Assembly: GCF_004361065.1 (NCBI RefSeq)
Contig: NZ_SELT01000002.1
Span: 177,714 to 241,713, forward strand
DNA length: 64,000 bases
Origin: Cognatilysobacter terrigena
Lineage (GTDB): Bacteria > Pseudomonadota > Gammaproteobacteria > Xanthomonadales > Xanthomonadaceae
Reading direction: 5' to 3'
Shown here: positions 10,021-19,667 of the stretch, piece by piece
Numbering within the stretch: the first letter of the stretch is position 1
Layout of the letters: every line of letters begins with the position of its first letter
The notes under the pieces: generated by a model
Databases searched by the model: none
What the model saw: the letters and a program-made list of their open reading frames with translations, nothing else
Told to the model about the DNA's origin: nothing
Made by a program: the position numbers and the translations under genes

Positions 10021-10052
10021 AAGCCTCCGCACTGCGGAGGCTTCTTTTTTTG
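10021..10052 (+). terminator. Rho-independent terminator after the RND operon
   Basis: GAAGCCTCCG-CACTG-CGGAGGCTTC hairpin followed by TTTTTTT. Confidence 0.8.
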
Positions 10053-10186
10053 GTGGCGCGAGGCGCCAACTGGTGGCGGATCTCTCTCGTGTCACCACGC
10101 AGGTGGGAACGCGACGCGGCGCCCGCCGTGCACCTGCATCGCGCCAATGCGCCAACGTGAAGCACGCATCTGTCTGGCACCGGGGC

Positions 10187-10216
10187 AAAAAAACCCGGCA
10201 GCTGGCGCTGCCGGGT
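10187..10216 (-). terminator. Rho-independent terminator after the phasin gene
   Basis: On the minus strand, CCCGGCAGC-GCCA-GCTGCCGGG hairpin followed by TTTTTTT. Confidence 0.75.
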
Positions 10217-10249
10217 TCGGGGTTTCCAGCGGGAACTGGAGAGAGAAAC

Positions 10250-10705
10250 TTACTTCGCGGCCTTGCCGGCGGCGACGTTGACCGTCTGCTCGGCGGTCTT
10301 GGCAGCGCCCTTGGTGGCCTGCTCGAACTGGTCCTGCGCCTGGCGGACGGTCTCGTTCGCGCTGCGGGCAGCGGCTTCGAACTGGCCCTTGGCGATCTGG
10401 GCGACCGACTCCTGGACCTTCACGAAGCGGCCGAGGACGTCCTGACCCGTGGTTAGCGCGCGCTCGACATTCTCGCGGGCAACTTGCGCACCGCGCGGCC
10501 AGAGGTTCTTGGCGCCGTCGAAATCACGGACGTTGGTGGCTTCGCCGAAGAAGGCGAAGGTGGCCGACGCGCGCTCTTCGAGGGCCGACAGCTGCAGGCC
10601 GACGATGGCCTCGGCGTTCTCGAGGGCGAGACGGTTGATGCGGGCCGCGGTGTCGGCGAACTGACGGGTGGCCGCGGCGAACTGCTCGTTGAACTGTGCG
10701 TACAT
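10250..10705 (-). CDS. phaP: Phasin family protein (PHA granule-associated)
   Basis: 151 aa, alanine/glutamine-rich amphipathic helices. MYAQFNEQFAAATRQFADTAARINRLALENAEAIVGLQL... is typical of phasins. Confidence 0.8.
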   Translation of the reverse strand: MYAQFNEQFAAATRQFADTAARINRLALENAEAIVGLQLSALEERASATFAFFGEATNVRDFDGAKNLWPRGAQVARENVERALTTGQDVLGRFVKVQESVAQIAKGQFEAAARSANETVRQAQDQFEQATKGAAKTAEQTVNVAAGKAAK

Positions 10706-10889
10706 GGCGGGCTCCTGAGGCCGGGATCGGCCGAGACTGCATGGATGGTGCGTTGCAGCATAGGCTCGTCTTTTGTGCAGCGCAACAACCGCTCGTCGGC
10801 CGTTGCCCGCGGCTCAGGGAGGTGAGCGGCTGTAGCGCCGCAAGCGGCGGTAGGCGGGTCGATCCGCTTTCGGGGCCGGTCTCGGAGCC

Positions 10890-11261
10890 TCAGGCTCCCG
10901 GGCCGCGGTAGCGGCAGCCCGACGTGCAGGTCTCGTGGACCACGATTTCCGACAGCAGCGGCAGCGCAGGCTTCAGCCGGTCCCAGATCCAGGCGGCGAG
11001 CCGCTCGCTGGTCGGGTTCTCGAGCCCCTCGATGTCGTTGAGGTAGTGATGGTCGAGCCGGTCGTAGATCGGGCGGAAGGCCGCCTTGAGGTCGGCGAAG
11101 TCCATGATCCAGCCGGTCTCGGCGCCGGGCTCGCCGGAGACGTGGATCTCCACGCGGAAGGAATGACCGTGCAGGCGGGCGCACTTGTGGCCCGGCGGCA
11201 CGTTCGGGAGCCGGTGTGCGGCCTCCAGCGTGAAAACTTTAAAGATGTCCATCGCCGGCAT
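10890..11261 (-). CDS. queD: 6-carboxy-5,6,7,8-tetrahydropterin synthase
   Basis: 123 aa; [29 protein letters not shown]...EIHVSGEPG...[10 protein letters not shown]...CTSGC; zinc-binding H-x-H and Cys/His/Glu catalytic motifs of the PTPS/QueD family. Confidence 0.9.
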   Translation of the reverse strand: MPAMDIFKVFTLEAAHRLPNVPPGHKCARLHGHSFRVEIHVSGEPGAETGWIMDFADLKAAFRPIYDRLDHHYLNDIEGLENPTSERLAAWIWDRLKPALPLLSEIVVHETCTSGCRYRGPGA

Positions 11262-11343
11262 TGTACGGGCGGCCTTCCCGGGTGGCTGGGCGGCGCGGGG
11301 CCTCTGCTAACGTACCGACGTCGCGGCTTCGACCCCGTTTTAC

Positions 11344-14300
11344 GTGTCCGACTCCGTCCCGAGCACCGCGCCGAACGTTCGCCGCCCGGCGCCGCGGGTG
11401 CCGGCGGCATGGGGTCCCGTGTTCGGCAGCCTCCTGCTCGCCGCGATCTACGCACCGCTCGCATTCGCCAGCCTTCGCTGGGGCATGACGCGCGGCGTCG
11501 CGTCGCCGATGTGGCCGGCGGCGGGCGTCGCACTCGCCGTGTTCGTTCTGCGCGGACGCCACCTCTGGCCCGGCGTCGTGCTCGGCTACCTCGGGGGTGC
11601 GCTGCTCAACGCATCGCCCAATCCGCTGTGGGTGTTGACGGTCGTCGCTGGCGGCAACGCGCTCGCGGTCTACGCCGGGCATGTCGCGCTGGAGCGCCTG
11701 CGCTTCAACCCGGCGTTCGAGACGTTCCGCGACTTCGTGACGTTCGCGCTGGTGTCGGCCTCCATCGCCGTCATCTCGTCCAGCATCGGCGCCGCAGCGA
11801 TCGCCGTGCCACTGCATCTCGCTGCCGACCGCGTCTGGTTGATGTGGAGCCACTGGTATCTCGGCGACATCACCGGCGTGCTGATCGTCGGCACGATGCT
11901 GCTGGCCTGGGCGCGGGGCGACTGGACCCGCACGCTGCGCTGGTGGGCGGAGCTCGCCGCCTGCCTCGCGGTGTGCACGGCGATCGCCGCGTACGTGTTC
12001 CTGAGCAGCGGCGAACGCATCTACACCTTCATCGTGTATTGCCCGTTGATCTGGGCGGCGCTGTCGCTGCGGCTGCGCGGGGCGAGCGCCGCGTGCTTCC
12101 TCGTGGCGATGGTCGCGGTGGTCGGCACCACGCTCGGCGCGGGTCCGTTCGTGTCGCACGACCTCCACGCGCGCTATCTCGACCTGCAGGTGTTCGTCAT
12201 CGTGATGGCGGCGGCCACGCTGGTGCTCGCGGTGGTCGCCGACGAGCGCCGGTCGCAGCACGCGCTGATGATGAGCGAGACGCGCCTGCGCCTCGCGCTC
12301 GAAGCGTCGGACACCGGGCTGTGGAAGATCGACCTGCGCAACAGCGCCATGACGTTCTCGCCCGAGTGCGCGCGGATCACCGGCATCGACGAGCGTGCGA
12401 TCGCGCCGACCCGCGAAGGCGTCGCGACGCTGCTGCATCCGGATGACCTCGCGCGCATGCGCGTGACGCTGGCCGAGGCGATCGAGCGCCATACCCTTTT
12501 CGAAAGCCAGTTCCGCGTGCGCCGGCCCGACGGCAGCGAGCTGTGGATCGAGGCGCGAGGGCGCGCGCTCTACGACGCCGACGGCGCTCCCGCCTCGATG
12601 CTCGGCACGATCAGCGACATCACCGAGCAACGTCGCAACGAGCGGCGCCTCGCCGAGCAGGCGCGGCTGCTCGACCTCACGCGCGACGCGATCCTCATCC
12701 GCGATCTCGAAGGGCGCATCACGTTCTGGAACGACAGCTGCGAGCGCCTCTACGGATACTGCCGCGACGAAGCGGTCGGGCAGATCGCACGCGAGCTGTT
12801 GCGCACCCAATTCCCGCGACCGTTCGAGGAGATCGCGGCGTCGCTGCTCGAGCACGAGCAGTGGGACGGCGAGCTCCTGCATTACCGCAAGGACGGCGAG
12901 GCGCGGGTCATCCACGCGCGCTGGGTGCTGACGCGCGATGCGGCGGGCCAGCCGCAGTCGGTGATGCAGACGCATACCGACATCACCAATCGAAAACGCG
13001 CCGATGCGGCCACCGCGTTCCTGACGGACCTCGATCGCCACATCGCGCAGGCCTCCAGTGCCGACGAGGTGGCCGAGGTCGGTCTGCGCCTGCTTGGTGA
13101 GCATCTCCACCTCATGCGATGTCTGCTGTCCGACATCGACCTGGACAACGCGCGGATTCGGCCGCTCTACGAATGGACGGGTGGTGGTCCCACTGTTCAC
13201 GGTACGTACGACGCGCGTGATTTCCTCACCAGCGAATTCGGGAAACGCTTGGCGGCGGGCGAATCCGTCGCCATCCGCGATGTGCGCACGGATGCATTGA
13301 CGGCGTCCGTCGCCTCCAACTACGTGCCCTACCGCACGATCGCATTGGCGGCGACGTCGTACGTCATCGAAGGCCGACTGGCCGGCACGCTGACGGCGTC
13401 CGTCGCAGAGCCTCGCCAGTGGCGGCCCGACGAGATTCAATTGCTCCGCGAAGTGGTCGCGCGCCTGTGGCCGGCGATCGAACGCGCGAAGTCGGTTTCG
13501 GCGCTGCGCGAATCCGAAGCGCGCTTCCGGCAGATGGCCGACACCGCCCCGATGATGATCTGGGTGGCCGAAGCCGACGGCCGCTGCAGCTACGTCAGCC
13601 GGCGCTGGACCGAATTCACGGGGCGCGTGCCCGAGGCCGAGCTCGGCTACGGCTGGAAGGATGTCGTGCATCCCGACGACCTGCCCGCGTACTCGGATGC
13701 CTTCGGCGAGGCGGCTGCCGCGCAGCGCGCGTTCGCGTCGGAATACCGCGCGCTGCGGTGGGACGGCGCGTGGCGCTGGCTTCACGCGACGGCGCGTCCG
13801 CGTTTCGGTGCGGCGGGCGAATTCCTCGGCTACATCGGCGCGGTGATGGACGTCACCGAGCGTCGCGATGCCGAGGATGCGCTGCGCGAGGCCGATCGTC
13901 GCAAGGACGAATTCCTCGCCACGCTCGCGCACGAATTGCGCAATCCGCTGTCGCCGATCCGCACCGGCCTGCAGGTGCTCAATGTCACCGACGATGGCGA
14001 CACCGCGCGACGCACGCGCGCCATGATGGAGCGCCAGCTCGGCCACATGGTGCGGCTGATCGACGACCTGCTCGACGTCTCGCGCATCACCAGCGGCAAG
14101 GTCGTGCTGCAGCGCGATCGCATCTCGCTGCAGGATGCGGCGCTCGCGGCGATCGAATCGGCGCGTCCGTTGATCGAACATGCGCGGCATCGGCTGCACG
14201 TCGAATTGCCGTCCGCGCCCCTGTGGATCGACGCGGATCCGACGCGCATCGCGCAGGTGATGACCAACCTGCTCACCAACGCGGCGAAGTACACGCCCGA

Positions 14301-15003
14301 CGGCGGCGACGTCACGCTGCGCGCCTACGAGTCGGAGGGATCGGCCTGCGTGTCCGTCATCGACAGCGGCCTCGGCATTCCGCCGGACGCACTCGGCGCG
14401 GTGTTCGGCATGTTCGCGCAGGTGAATCGCACGCTCGACCGTGCACAGGGCGGGCTCGGCATCGGTCTCGCGCTCGCGCGGCGACTGGTGGAGATGCACG
14501 GCGGTTCGATCACCGCGCAGAGCGAAGGCTTGGGGCGCGGCAGCACGTTCGTCGTGCGACTGCCGCTCGCCGTCGACCTGCCGTCGTCGTTCGAGCACGT
14601 TGCGACATCCACGGCGTTCGCGCCGCGCCGCCGCGTGCTCGTCGTCGACGACAACCGCGACGCCGCGGAAACGCTCGGCATGATGCTCGAGCTCGATGGC
14701 CATGCCATCTGCGTGGCGTATTCCGCACTCGACGGCCTGCGCCTGGTCGACGAGTTCCGGCCCGACATCGCCTTCCTCGACATCGGCATGCCGGTGATGA
14801 ACGGCTACGAGCTTGCGCGCCGGCTGCGCGACCGCGACGACGGCGACGCGATGATGCTCGTCGCGGTGAGCGGCTGGGGCGCCGATGCCGACAAGCAGGA
14901 CGCTGCCGATGCCGGCTTCGACCTGCATCTCACCAAGCCCGTAAGTGTGGAAGCGGTGCAGGAGGCGATGATCCGCACGCGCACCTGCGACATCGCGGGC
15001 TGA
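11344..15003 (+). CDS. Hybrid sensor histidine kinase (MASE1 membrane domain, multiple PAS, GAF, HisKA, HATPase_c, receiver)
   Basis: N-terminal multi-TM MASE1-like region. Repeated PAS blocks (RLRLALEASDTGLWKIDL..., ITFWNDSCERLYGY..., RFRQMADTAPMMIWVAEADG...). H-box EFLATLAHELRNPLSPI. G-boxes GGLGIGLALARRLVEMHGGSI. Receiver RVLVVDDNRDAAE...FLDIGMPVMNGYEL...THLKP-like LHLTKPV. Confidence 0.9.
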   Translation: MSDSVPSTAPNVRRPAPRVPAAWGPVFGSLLLAAIYAPLAFASLRWGMTRGVASPMWPAAGVALAVFVLRGRHLWPGVVLGYLGGALLNASPNPLWVLTVVAGGNALAVYAGHVALERLRFNPAFETFRDFVTFALVSASIAVISSSIGAAAIAVPLHLAADRVWLMWSHWYLGDITGVLIVGTMLLAWARGDWTRTLRWWAELAACLAVCTAIAAYVFLSSGERIYTFIVYCPLIWAALSLRLRGASAACFLVAMVAVVGTTLGAGPFVSHDLHARYLDLQVFVIVMAAATLVLAVVADERRSQHALMMSETRLRLALEASDTGLWKIDLRNSAMTFSPECARITGIDERAIAPTREGVATLLHPDDLARMRVTLAEAIERHTLFESQFRVRRPDGSELWIEARGRALYDADGAPASMLGTISDITEQRRNERRLAEQARLLDLTRDAILIRDLEGRITFWNDSCERLYGYCRDEAVGQIARELLRTQFPRPFEEIAASLLEHEQWDGELLHYRKDGEARVIHARWVLTRDAAGQPQSVMQTHTDITNRKRADAATAFLTDLDRHIAQASSADEVAEVGLRLLGEHLHLMRCLLSDIDLDNARIRPLYEWTGGGPTVHGTYDARDFLTSEFGKRLAAGESVAIRDVRTDALTASVASNYVPYRTIALAATSYVIEGRLAGTLTASVAEPRQWRPDEIQLLREVVARLWPAIERAKSVSALRESEARFRQMADTAPMMIWVAEADGRCSYVSRRWTEFTGRVPEAELGYGWKDVVHPDDLPAYSDAFGEAAAAQRAFASEYRALRWDGAWRWLHATARPRFGAAGEFLGYIGAVMDVTERRDAEDALREADRRKDEFLATLAHELRNPLSPIRTGLQVLNVTDDGDTARRTRAMMERQLGHMVRLIDDLLDVSRITSGKVVLQRDRISLQDAALAAIESARPLIEHARHRLHVELPSAPLWIDADPTRIAQVMTNLLTNAAKYTPDGGDVTLRAYESEGSACVSVIDSGLGIPPDALGAVFGMFAQVNRTLDRAQGGLGIGLALARRLVEMHGGSITAQSEGLGRGSTFVVRLPLAVDLPSSFEHVATSTAFAPRRRVLVVDDNRDAAETLGMMLELDGHAICVAYSALDGLRLVDEFRPDIAFLDIGMPVMNGYELARRLRDRDDGDAMMLVAVSGWGADADKQDAADAGFDLHLTKPVSVEAVQEAMIRTRTCDIAG

Positions 15004-15037
15004 CGCCGATCCGTCACGCAGCCTTGATCCCGATTTC

Positions 15038-15358
15038 ATGGATCGCTGCGTAGAACGAACGCGTCCCACCGAGTCCGCCGTCATGTCTGCCACGCTGTCG
15101 TCCGACTGGACCCTCGACCCCGCCCACGCCACCGCGACGCACGTGTCCGGCGTCACCGTGGTCGCCCTCCGCGGCAATGGCCGTGGACGCTATCGGGCGG
15201 TGCCGTTGCCGGACACGCTGCCTGCGCCCGGCCCGGGCCTGACCGACGACGACTGCGAGTTCGTCGCGCGACTCGTCGGCGAGCGCGTTCGCGAGGGCGC
15301 GAAGCTCCTGCTCGACCTGATGCGCCGCCGGCGCGTCGAGGGCGCGACCCTGCACTGA
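15038..15358 (+). CDS. Hypothetical small protein
   Basis: 106-aa ORF; may start later at MSATLSS; no motifs. Confidence 0.3.
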   Translation: MDRCVERTRPTESAVMSATLSSDWTLDPAHATATHVSGVTVVALRGNGRGRYRAVPLPDTLPAPGPGLTDDDCEFVARLVGERVREGAKLLLDLMRRRRVEGATLH

Positions 15359-15481
15359 GGTCGCCGCTGCGCCCGCTCGGCGCAACGATCGGTATACACT
15401 CGGGACTGTGCGCGCCATCACGGTCCGCGCCCGCATGCCGAGGGAGGCTGGCCGCGGGCGCCGCGCGACCCAGGAGTCGAT

Positions 15482-16231
15482 GTGACGTCCCAGCAGCTCC
15501 AGACCGCGGCCGATGCGACCGAGGGGAGCGATCTCGACCCGGTCGGGCGAGTCGATCGGGAGATCATCCGTCAGGTCGACCTCGACCGCGCGACAGCGCT
15601 GATCGAACGCCGCAGTGCGTCGGGCCTGCTCGACGAGCTCGCCGGCATCGTGCAGGCGCTCGAAGTCGCCGATTCCCGTACCACGCCGCGCCGGGCCACC
15701 ATCGTCGGCCGGTTGCTGGGTCGCGATCTGTCCGGGCAGGCGCGGGCGCGCCAGGCGCACGAACACGTCCGCATCCGTCTTCAACTCGCCGAGCGCCGTG
15801 CGCACGACGTGCTCGCGCACGTCCGCGAACTCGACGACGCGAGCGCGCACATCGCGCGCCAGCGCGCGCGGCTCGCCGAGATCGCCGAACGCGGTCGCGA
15901 AGCATTCGATGCCTTCGAAGGCGGTACGCGATCCGATGCGATGGGGCGTCGCCTCGACCACCTCACGCTGCTGTTGAGCACGTGGGACATCGCGATTGCG
16001 CATCTGCGGCTCGTGCGCCAGTACGACGAACTCCTGCTCGCACGCTATGCACACGTGCGCGACGTCGTGGTGCCGCAGTGGTTGCGTCGCGTCGATGCTG
16101 CACTTGCAGCCGAGGAACACGACGGCCCGCCGCCGGGCGAGCCGTTGCGCGAAGCACTGGCGGTGCTGTTGCAGGTGACCGCACCGGAGCCCGCGGTGTT
16201 CCCGCGCGCCGAGGACGTGCGCGTCGTCTGA
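15482..16231 (+). CDS. Hypothetical helical protein, possible divergent short TelA-family (toxic anion resistance) paralog
   Basis: GTG start 6 nt after a CAGGAG ribosome-binding site. C-terminal HVRDVVVPQWLRR resembles the VRDITIPAWKR signature of the TelA at 39084-40178. Predicted all-helical. Confidence 0.4.
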   Translation: MTSQQLQTAADATEGSDLDPVGRVDREIIRQVDLDRATALIERRSASGLLDELAGIVQALEVADSRTTPRRATIVGRLLGRDLSGQARARQAHEHVRIRLQLAERRAHDVLAHVRELDDASAHIARQRARLAEIAERGREAFDAFEGGTRSDAMGRRLDHLTLLLSTWDIAIAHLRLVRQYDELLLARYAHVRDVVVPQWLRRVDAALAAEEHDGPPPGEPLREALAVLLQVTAPEPAVFPRAEDVRVV

Positions 16232-16232
16232 C

Positions 16233-16594
16233 CTAGCGTTCGTCGCGATCGAGCATGTCGCGCGATTCGCGCGGCCCACGCGGCTGGCGATGACCTTCGA
16301 GCGGAACGTCCGACACGACCGGCGGCGCCGGCGTCGCGGTCGTTGGCTTGTTCCACGCATGCGATTCGAGCATGCCGACACCGACCAGGCCCGGCATCAG
16401 CGCGAGCAGCGACAGGTCGTTCCCCTGCGCCTGCGGCGCCACGTGGCTACCGAGCACCGCGCCCGTCGCCACCGCGAGCAGGCCGCACATCATCAGCATT
16501 CTGGGATTGCGGACCATGCCGACCTCGAGGGCGGAGGCGTCGAGGCTCGCACGCATCGGCTGCACGCCATGTCGAGACGCAGCGGGCCGAACCG
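16233..16594 (-). CDS. Hypothetical small membrane protein
   Basis: 120 aa with one or two hydrophobic helices (MLMMCGLLAVATGAVLG; LLALMPGLVGVGML). It is the 3' part of a long minus ORF that is otherwise antisense to the VIT/VWA gene. Confidence 0.3.
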
Positions 16595-16730
16595 CGCTAT
16601 TCATGCCCCGTGCGAAGGCGTGAGCACGCAGTGACCCGGTGCGGTCGAGGCCGATCCATCGCAAGCGGCTGTAACCCCGTCCGCAGCTCGGGTACGTTCT
16701 AGCCGGGGACTTCCAACGGACTCGACCATC

Positions 16731-19667
16731 ATGCGATCGCTCGTCGCCTTGCTCGTCTGCGCGCTCGTCGCCTCGCCGTGCCTCGCGCAGGCGCGGCGCA
16801 ACCTCACTGCACCACCCTTGGTGACGACCGATCGGGTCGACGCACCCGTGCGGCTCGAACGCGCCGCGATGTCCGTGGAGCAGGCCGGCGGCACCGTGCG
16901 CACCACGCTCGACATGACGTTCCGCAATCCGTCGTCGCGCACGCTGGAAGGCAACCTCGAATTCCCGCTGCAGCCGGGCCAGCAGGTCGTCGCGTTCGCG
17001 CTCGACATCGGCGGCCGCCTGCGCAGCGCGGTGCCGGTGGAGAAGCAGCGCGGCCGCCAGGTGCTCGAAGCGATCGAACGTCGTGGTGCGGATCCCGGCC
17101 TGCTCGAGCAGTCGCAGGGTGAACACTTCCGCCTGCGCATCTATCCAGTCGCGCCGGGCGGCGAGCGCAGCGTGCGGATCGTGCTGGCGGAGGTGTTGTC
17201 CGCCGGCGCGACCTCGGCTTCGTTGCCGGCCGCGTTCGTGGCGGGCCTCGATGCGCTGCCGATCACGGTGCGTGCGAACGACACGCCACGTGTCGAAGGC
17301 GCGTTGCGCACGTTGGCGTTCGCACGCAAGGGTCGCGGCCGGTACGAGGCCGTGCTGCATCCGGGCGATGTCGGACGCGCGGGTGCGCTGCGTCTCGTAC
17401 TTCCGGCTGCCATCGCACCGCTCGCGCAGGTGCAGACGTGGCGCGGCGAGCGCTATTTCGCCGCCGACGTGCCGGTCGCCCTGCGGGCCGAACCACGCGC
17501 GCTGCCGCAGAAGATGGTGCTGTTGTGGGATAGCTCGGCGTCGGGCGCGAAGCGCGCGCACGACCTCGAACTCGCGCTGCTCGACGCCTACTTCCATTCC
17601 ACCCGCGCGGTCGACGTCGACCTCGTGCGCTTCCGCGACACGGTCGAGCCGGCGCAGCACTTCCGCGTGCTCACCGGCGACTGGAGCGCGTTGCGCGCCG
17701 CGCTGGAATCGACCGTCTATGACGGTGCGACGCGCTTGAACGGGTGGACGCCACCCGCCGACGCCGGAGAGGTGCTGCTCTTCAGCGACGGAGTGTTCAA
17801 TTTCGGCGACGCGGCGTTTCCGACGTTCGACGCGCGTCAGCGCCTTTACACGGTGCGCGCGGGCGTCGCCGGCGACGCGGCCCGCCTGAAGGCGCTTGCC
17901 GAGGCGCGCGCGGGCGTCGCGATCACGCTCGACAGCATGCGCGACATCGAGCGCGCGCGCAGCGAGCTGCTCAACGACCTGCCGCGCATTGCGGCGATCG
18001 ACGCCATAGGCGCGCGCGATGTCATCGCCGACTCGACGGTCGTCCGCGACGGCATGCTGCGGATCGCGGGACGACTGACGGACGCCGACGCGCGGGTCAC
18101 CGTCGATGTCGTGCGCGGCGGAACGCACGAGCGCGTCGAGGTGCCGGTCGCGAACGCGATCGAAGGCGAGTCCGCGGCGCCGCTGTGGGCGCAGTACGAC
18201 GTCGCCCGGCTCATGGAGGCGCCTGAACGCAATCGCGCGGCGATCGCACGCGTGGGCGCGGATTTCGGCATCGTCACGCCGGGCAGCTCGCTGATCGTGC
18301 TCGAGAACGTCGCGGACTACGTGCGCTATTCGATCGCGCCGCCCGACGAGCTGCGCGAGGAATACGCGCGACTGGCCTCGGCCGCTGCCACGCAACGCGA
18401 CGAGGCGCGTGTGAAGCAACTCGACACCGTGCGCGAGCAATGGAAGGAGCGGGTCGAATGGTGGTCGACGTCGTTCCCCAAGGGCGCGCCGCCGGTCCCG
18501 AAGAAGATGCGCGAGCCCGCGGTCGCGGCTGCGGTGGCGTACGCACCGCCCCCGGCTCCCATGGCGACGCCCGCCGAACAGACCGTGCGTGAGGCAGCCG
18601 ACGCCGCTGCGAACGCCGCGCAGCAGGCGGCATCCGAAGCGGCGGAGCGGACGGATACCGCGCGCGCGGAACGGGCACAGGCGCAATCGCTGGATCGCGT
18701 CGCGGTCACCGGCAGCCGCATCGCCGATGCAGAGACGGGCGGGCCGCAGCGCGCGACCGAAATCGGCGTCCACCTGCAACCGTGGACGCCGGATTCGCCG
18801 TTCGCGCGTCGTATCCGCGGCCTCGATGCGGACGGTGCTTATGCGGCCTATCTCGACGAACGCACCCGCGCTGAACCCGGCACCGCGTTCTACCTCGACG
18901 TCGCCGACGTGCTGTTCGACCGCAAGCGGGACGACCTCGCGCTGCGCGTGCTGTCGAACGTCGCCGAGATGGATCTGGACAACCGCCATGTACTGCGTGT
19001 GCTCGGCTACCGCCTGATGCAGGCCGGTCGCGCGGACCTCGCGGTACCGGTGCTCGAGCAGGTACTGGCGATGAGCGACGACGAGCCGCAGAGCTATCGC
19101 GACCTCGCGCTCGCGTATGCAGCGATCGGTGACCGGCAGAAGGCCGTCGACCTGCTGTACGAAGTCGTCGCCGGCACGTGGGACGGGCGTTTCCCGGGCA
19201 TCGAAGTCACCGCGCTCGCGGAGCTCAACGCACTGGTGGCGACTTCGCCCAAGCCGCTCGACACGCATCGCGTTCCGTCCGATCTGCTGCGCAACCTGCC
19301 GCTCGATCTGCGTGCGGTGCTGAGCTGGGATGCCGACAACAGCGACATGGATCTGTGGGTGACGGATCCGAACGGCGAAAAGGCCTACTACGCGCATCGC
19401 GACACCTACCAGGGCGGCCATATGTCGCGGGACTTCACCGGCGGCTACGGCCCGGAGGAGTTCGCGCTGCGCATCGCGAAGCCGGGACGCTACAAGGTCG
19501 AGGCGAACTACTACGGCGATCGCCAGCAGGTGGTGACCGGCGCAACGACCTTGCAGCTGTGGCTCAGCACGCGCTTCGGAACGGCCAAGCAGAAGGACCA
19601 GCGGGTGACGCTGCGCCTGCGCGATGACAAGGAAACGGTGCTGGTCGGCGAGTTCGAGGTGAAGTGA
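16731..19667 (+). CDS. Secreted VIT domain + von Willebrand factor A + DUF2135 domain protein
   Basis: Signal peptide MRSLVALLVCALVASPCLAQA. N-terminal VIT-like block. VWA region (MVLLWDSSASGAKRAHDLE...). TPR-like middle section. C-terminal DUF2135 signature (LSWDADNSDMDLWVTDPNGEKAYYAHRDTYQGGHMSRDFTGGYGPEEF...YKVEANYYG). Confidence 0.75.
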   Translation: MRSLVALLVCALVASPCLAQARRNLTAPPLVTTDRVDAPVRLERAAMSVEQAGGTVRTTLDMTFRNPSSRTLEGNLEFPLQPGQQVVAFALDIGGRLRSAVPVEKQRGRQVLEAIERRGADPGLLEQSQGEHFRLRIYPVAPGGERSVRIVLAEVLSAGATSASLPAAFVAGLDALPITVRANDTPRVEGALRTLAFARKGRGRYEAVLHPGDVGRAGALRLVLPAAIAPLAQVQTWRGERYFAADVPVALRAEPRALPQKMVLLWDSSASGAKRAHDLELALLDAYFHSTRAVDVDLVRFRDTVEPAQHFRVLTGDWSALRAALESTVYDGATRLNGWTPPADAGEVLLFSDGVFNFGDAAFPTFDARQRLYTVRAGVAGDAARLKALAEARAGVAITLDSMRDIERARSELLNDLPRIAAIDAIGARDVIADSTVVRDGMLRIAGRLTDADARVTVDVVRGGTHERVEVPVANAIEGESAAPLWAQYDVARLMEAPERNRAAIARVGADFGIVTPGSSLIVLENVADYVRYSIAPPDELREEYARLASAAATQRDEARVKQLDTVREQWKERVEWWSTSFPKGAPPVPKKMREPAVAAAVAYAPPPAPMATPAEQTVREAADAAANAAQQAASEAAERTDTARAERAQAQSLDRVAVTGSRIADAETGGPQRATEIGVHLQPWTPDSPFARRIRGLDADGAYAAYLDERTRAEPGTAFYLDVADVLFDRKRDDLALRVLSNVAEMDLDNRHVLRVLGYRLMQAGRADLAVPVLEQVLAMSDDEPQSYRDLALAYAAIGDRQKAVDLLYEVVAGTWDGRFPGIEVTALAELNALVATSPKPLDTHRVPSDLLRNLPLDLRAVLSWDADNSDMDLWVTDPNGEKAYYAHRDTYQGGHMSRDFTGGYGPEEFALRIAKPGRYKVEANYYGDRQQVVTGATTLQLWLSTRFGTAKQKDQRVTLRLRDDKETVLVGEFEVK

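Noticed and set aside
11239-15177. 1312-aa minus-strand ORF
   Set aside because: Antisense shadow of the hybrid histidine kinase gene; no domains; biased composition.
16233-19421. 1062-aa minus-strand ORF
   Set aside because: Antisense to the well-supported VIT/VWA gene. Arg/Ala/Gly-rich translation typical of GC-rich shadow frames. Only its last ~120 codons (16233-16594) were kept as a possible small membrane protein.
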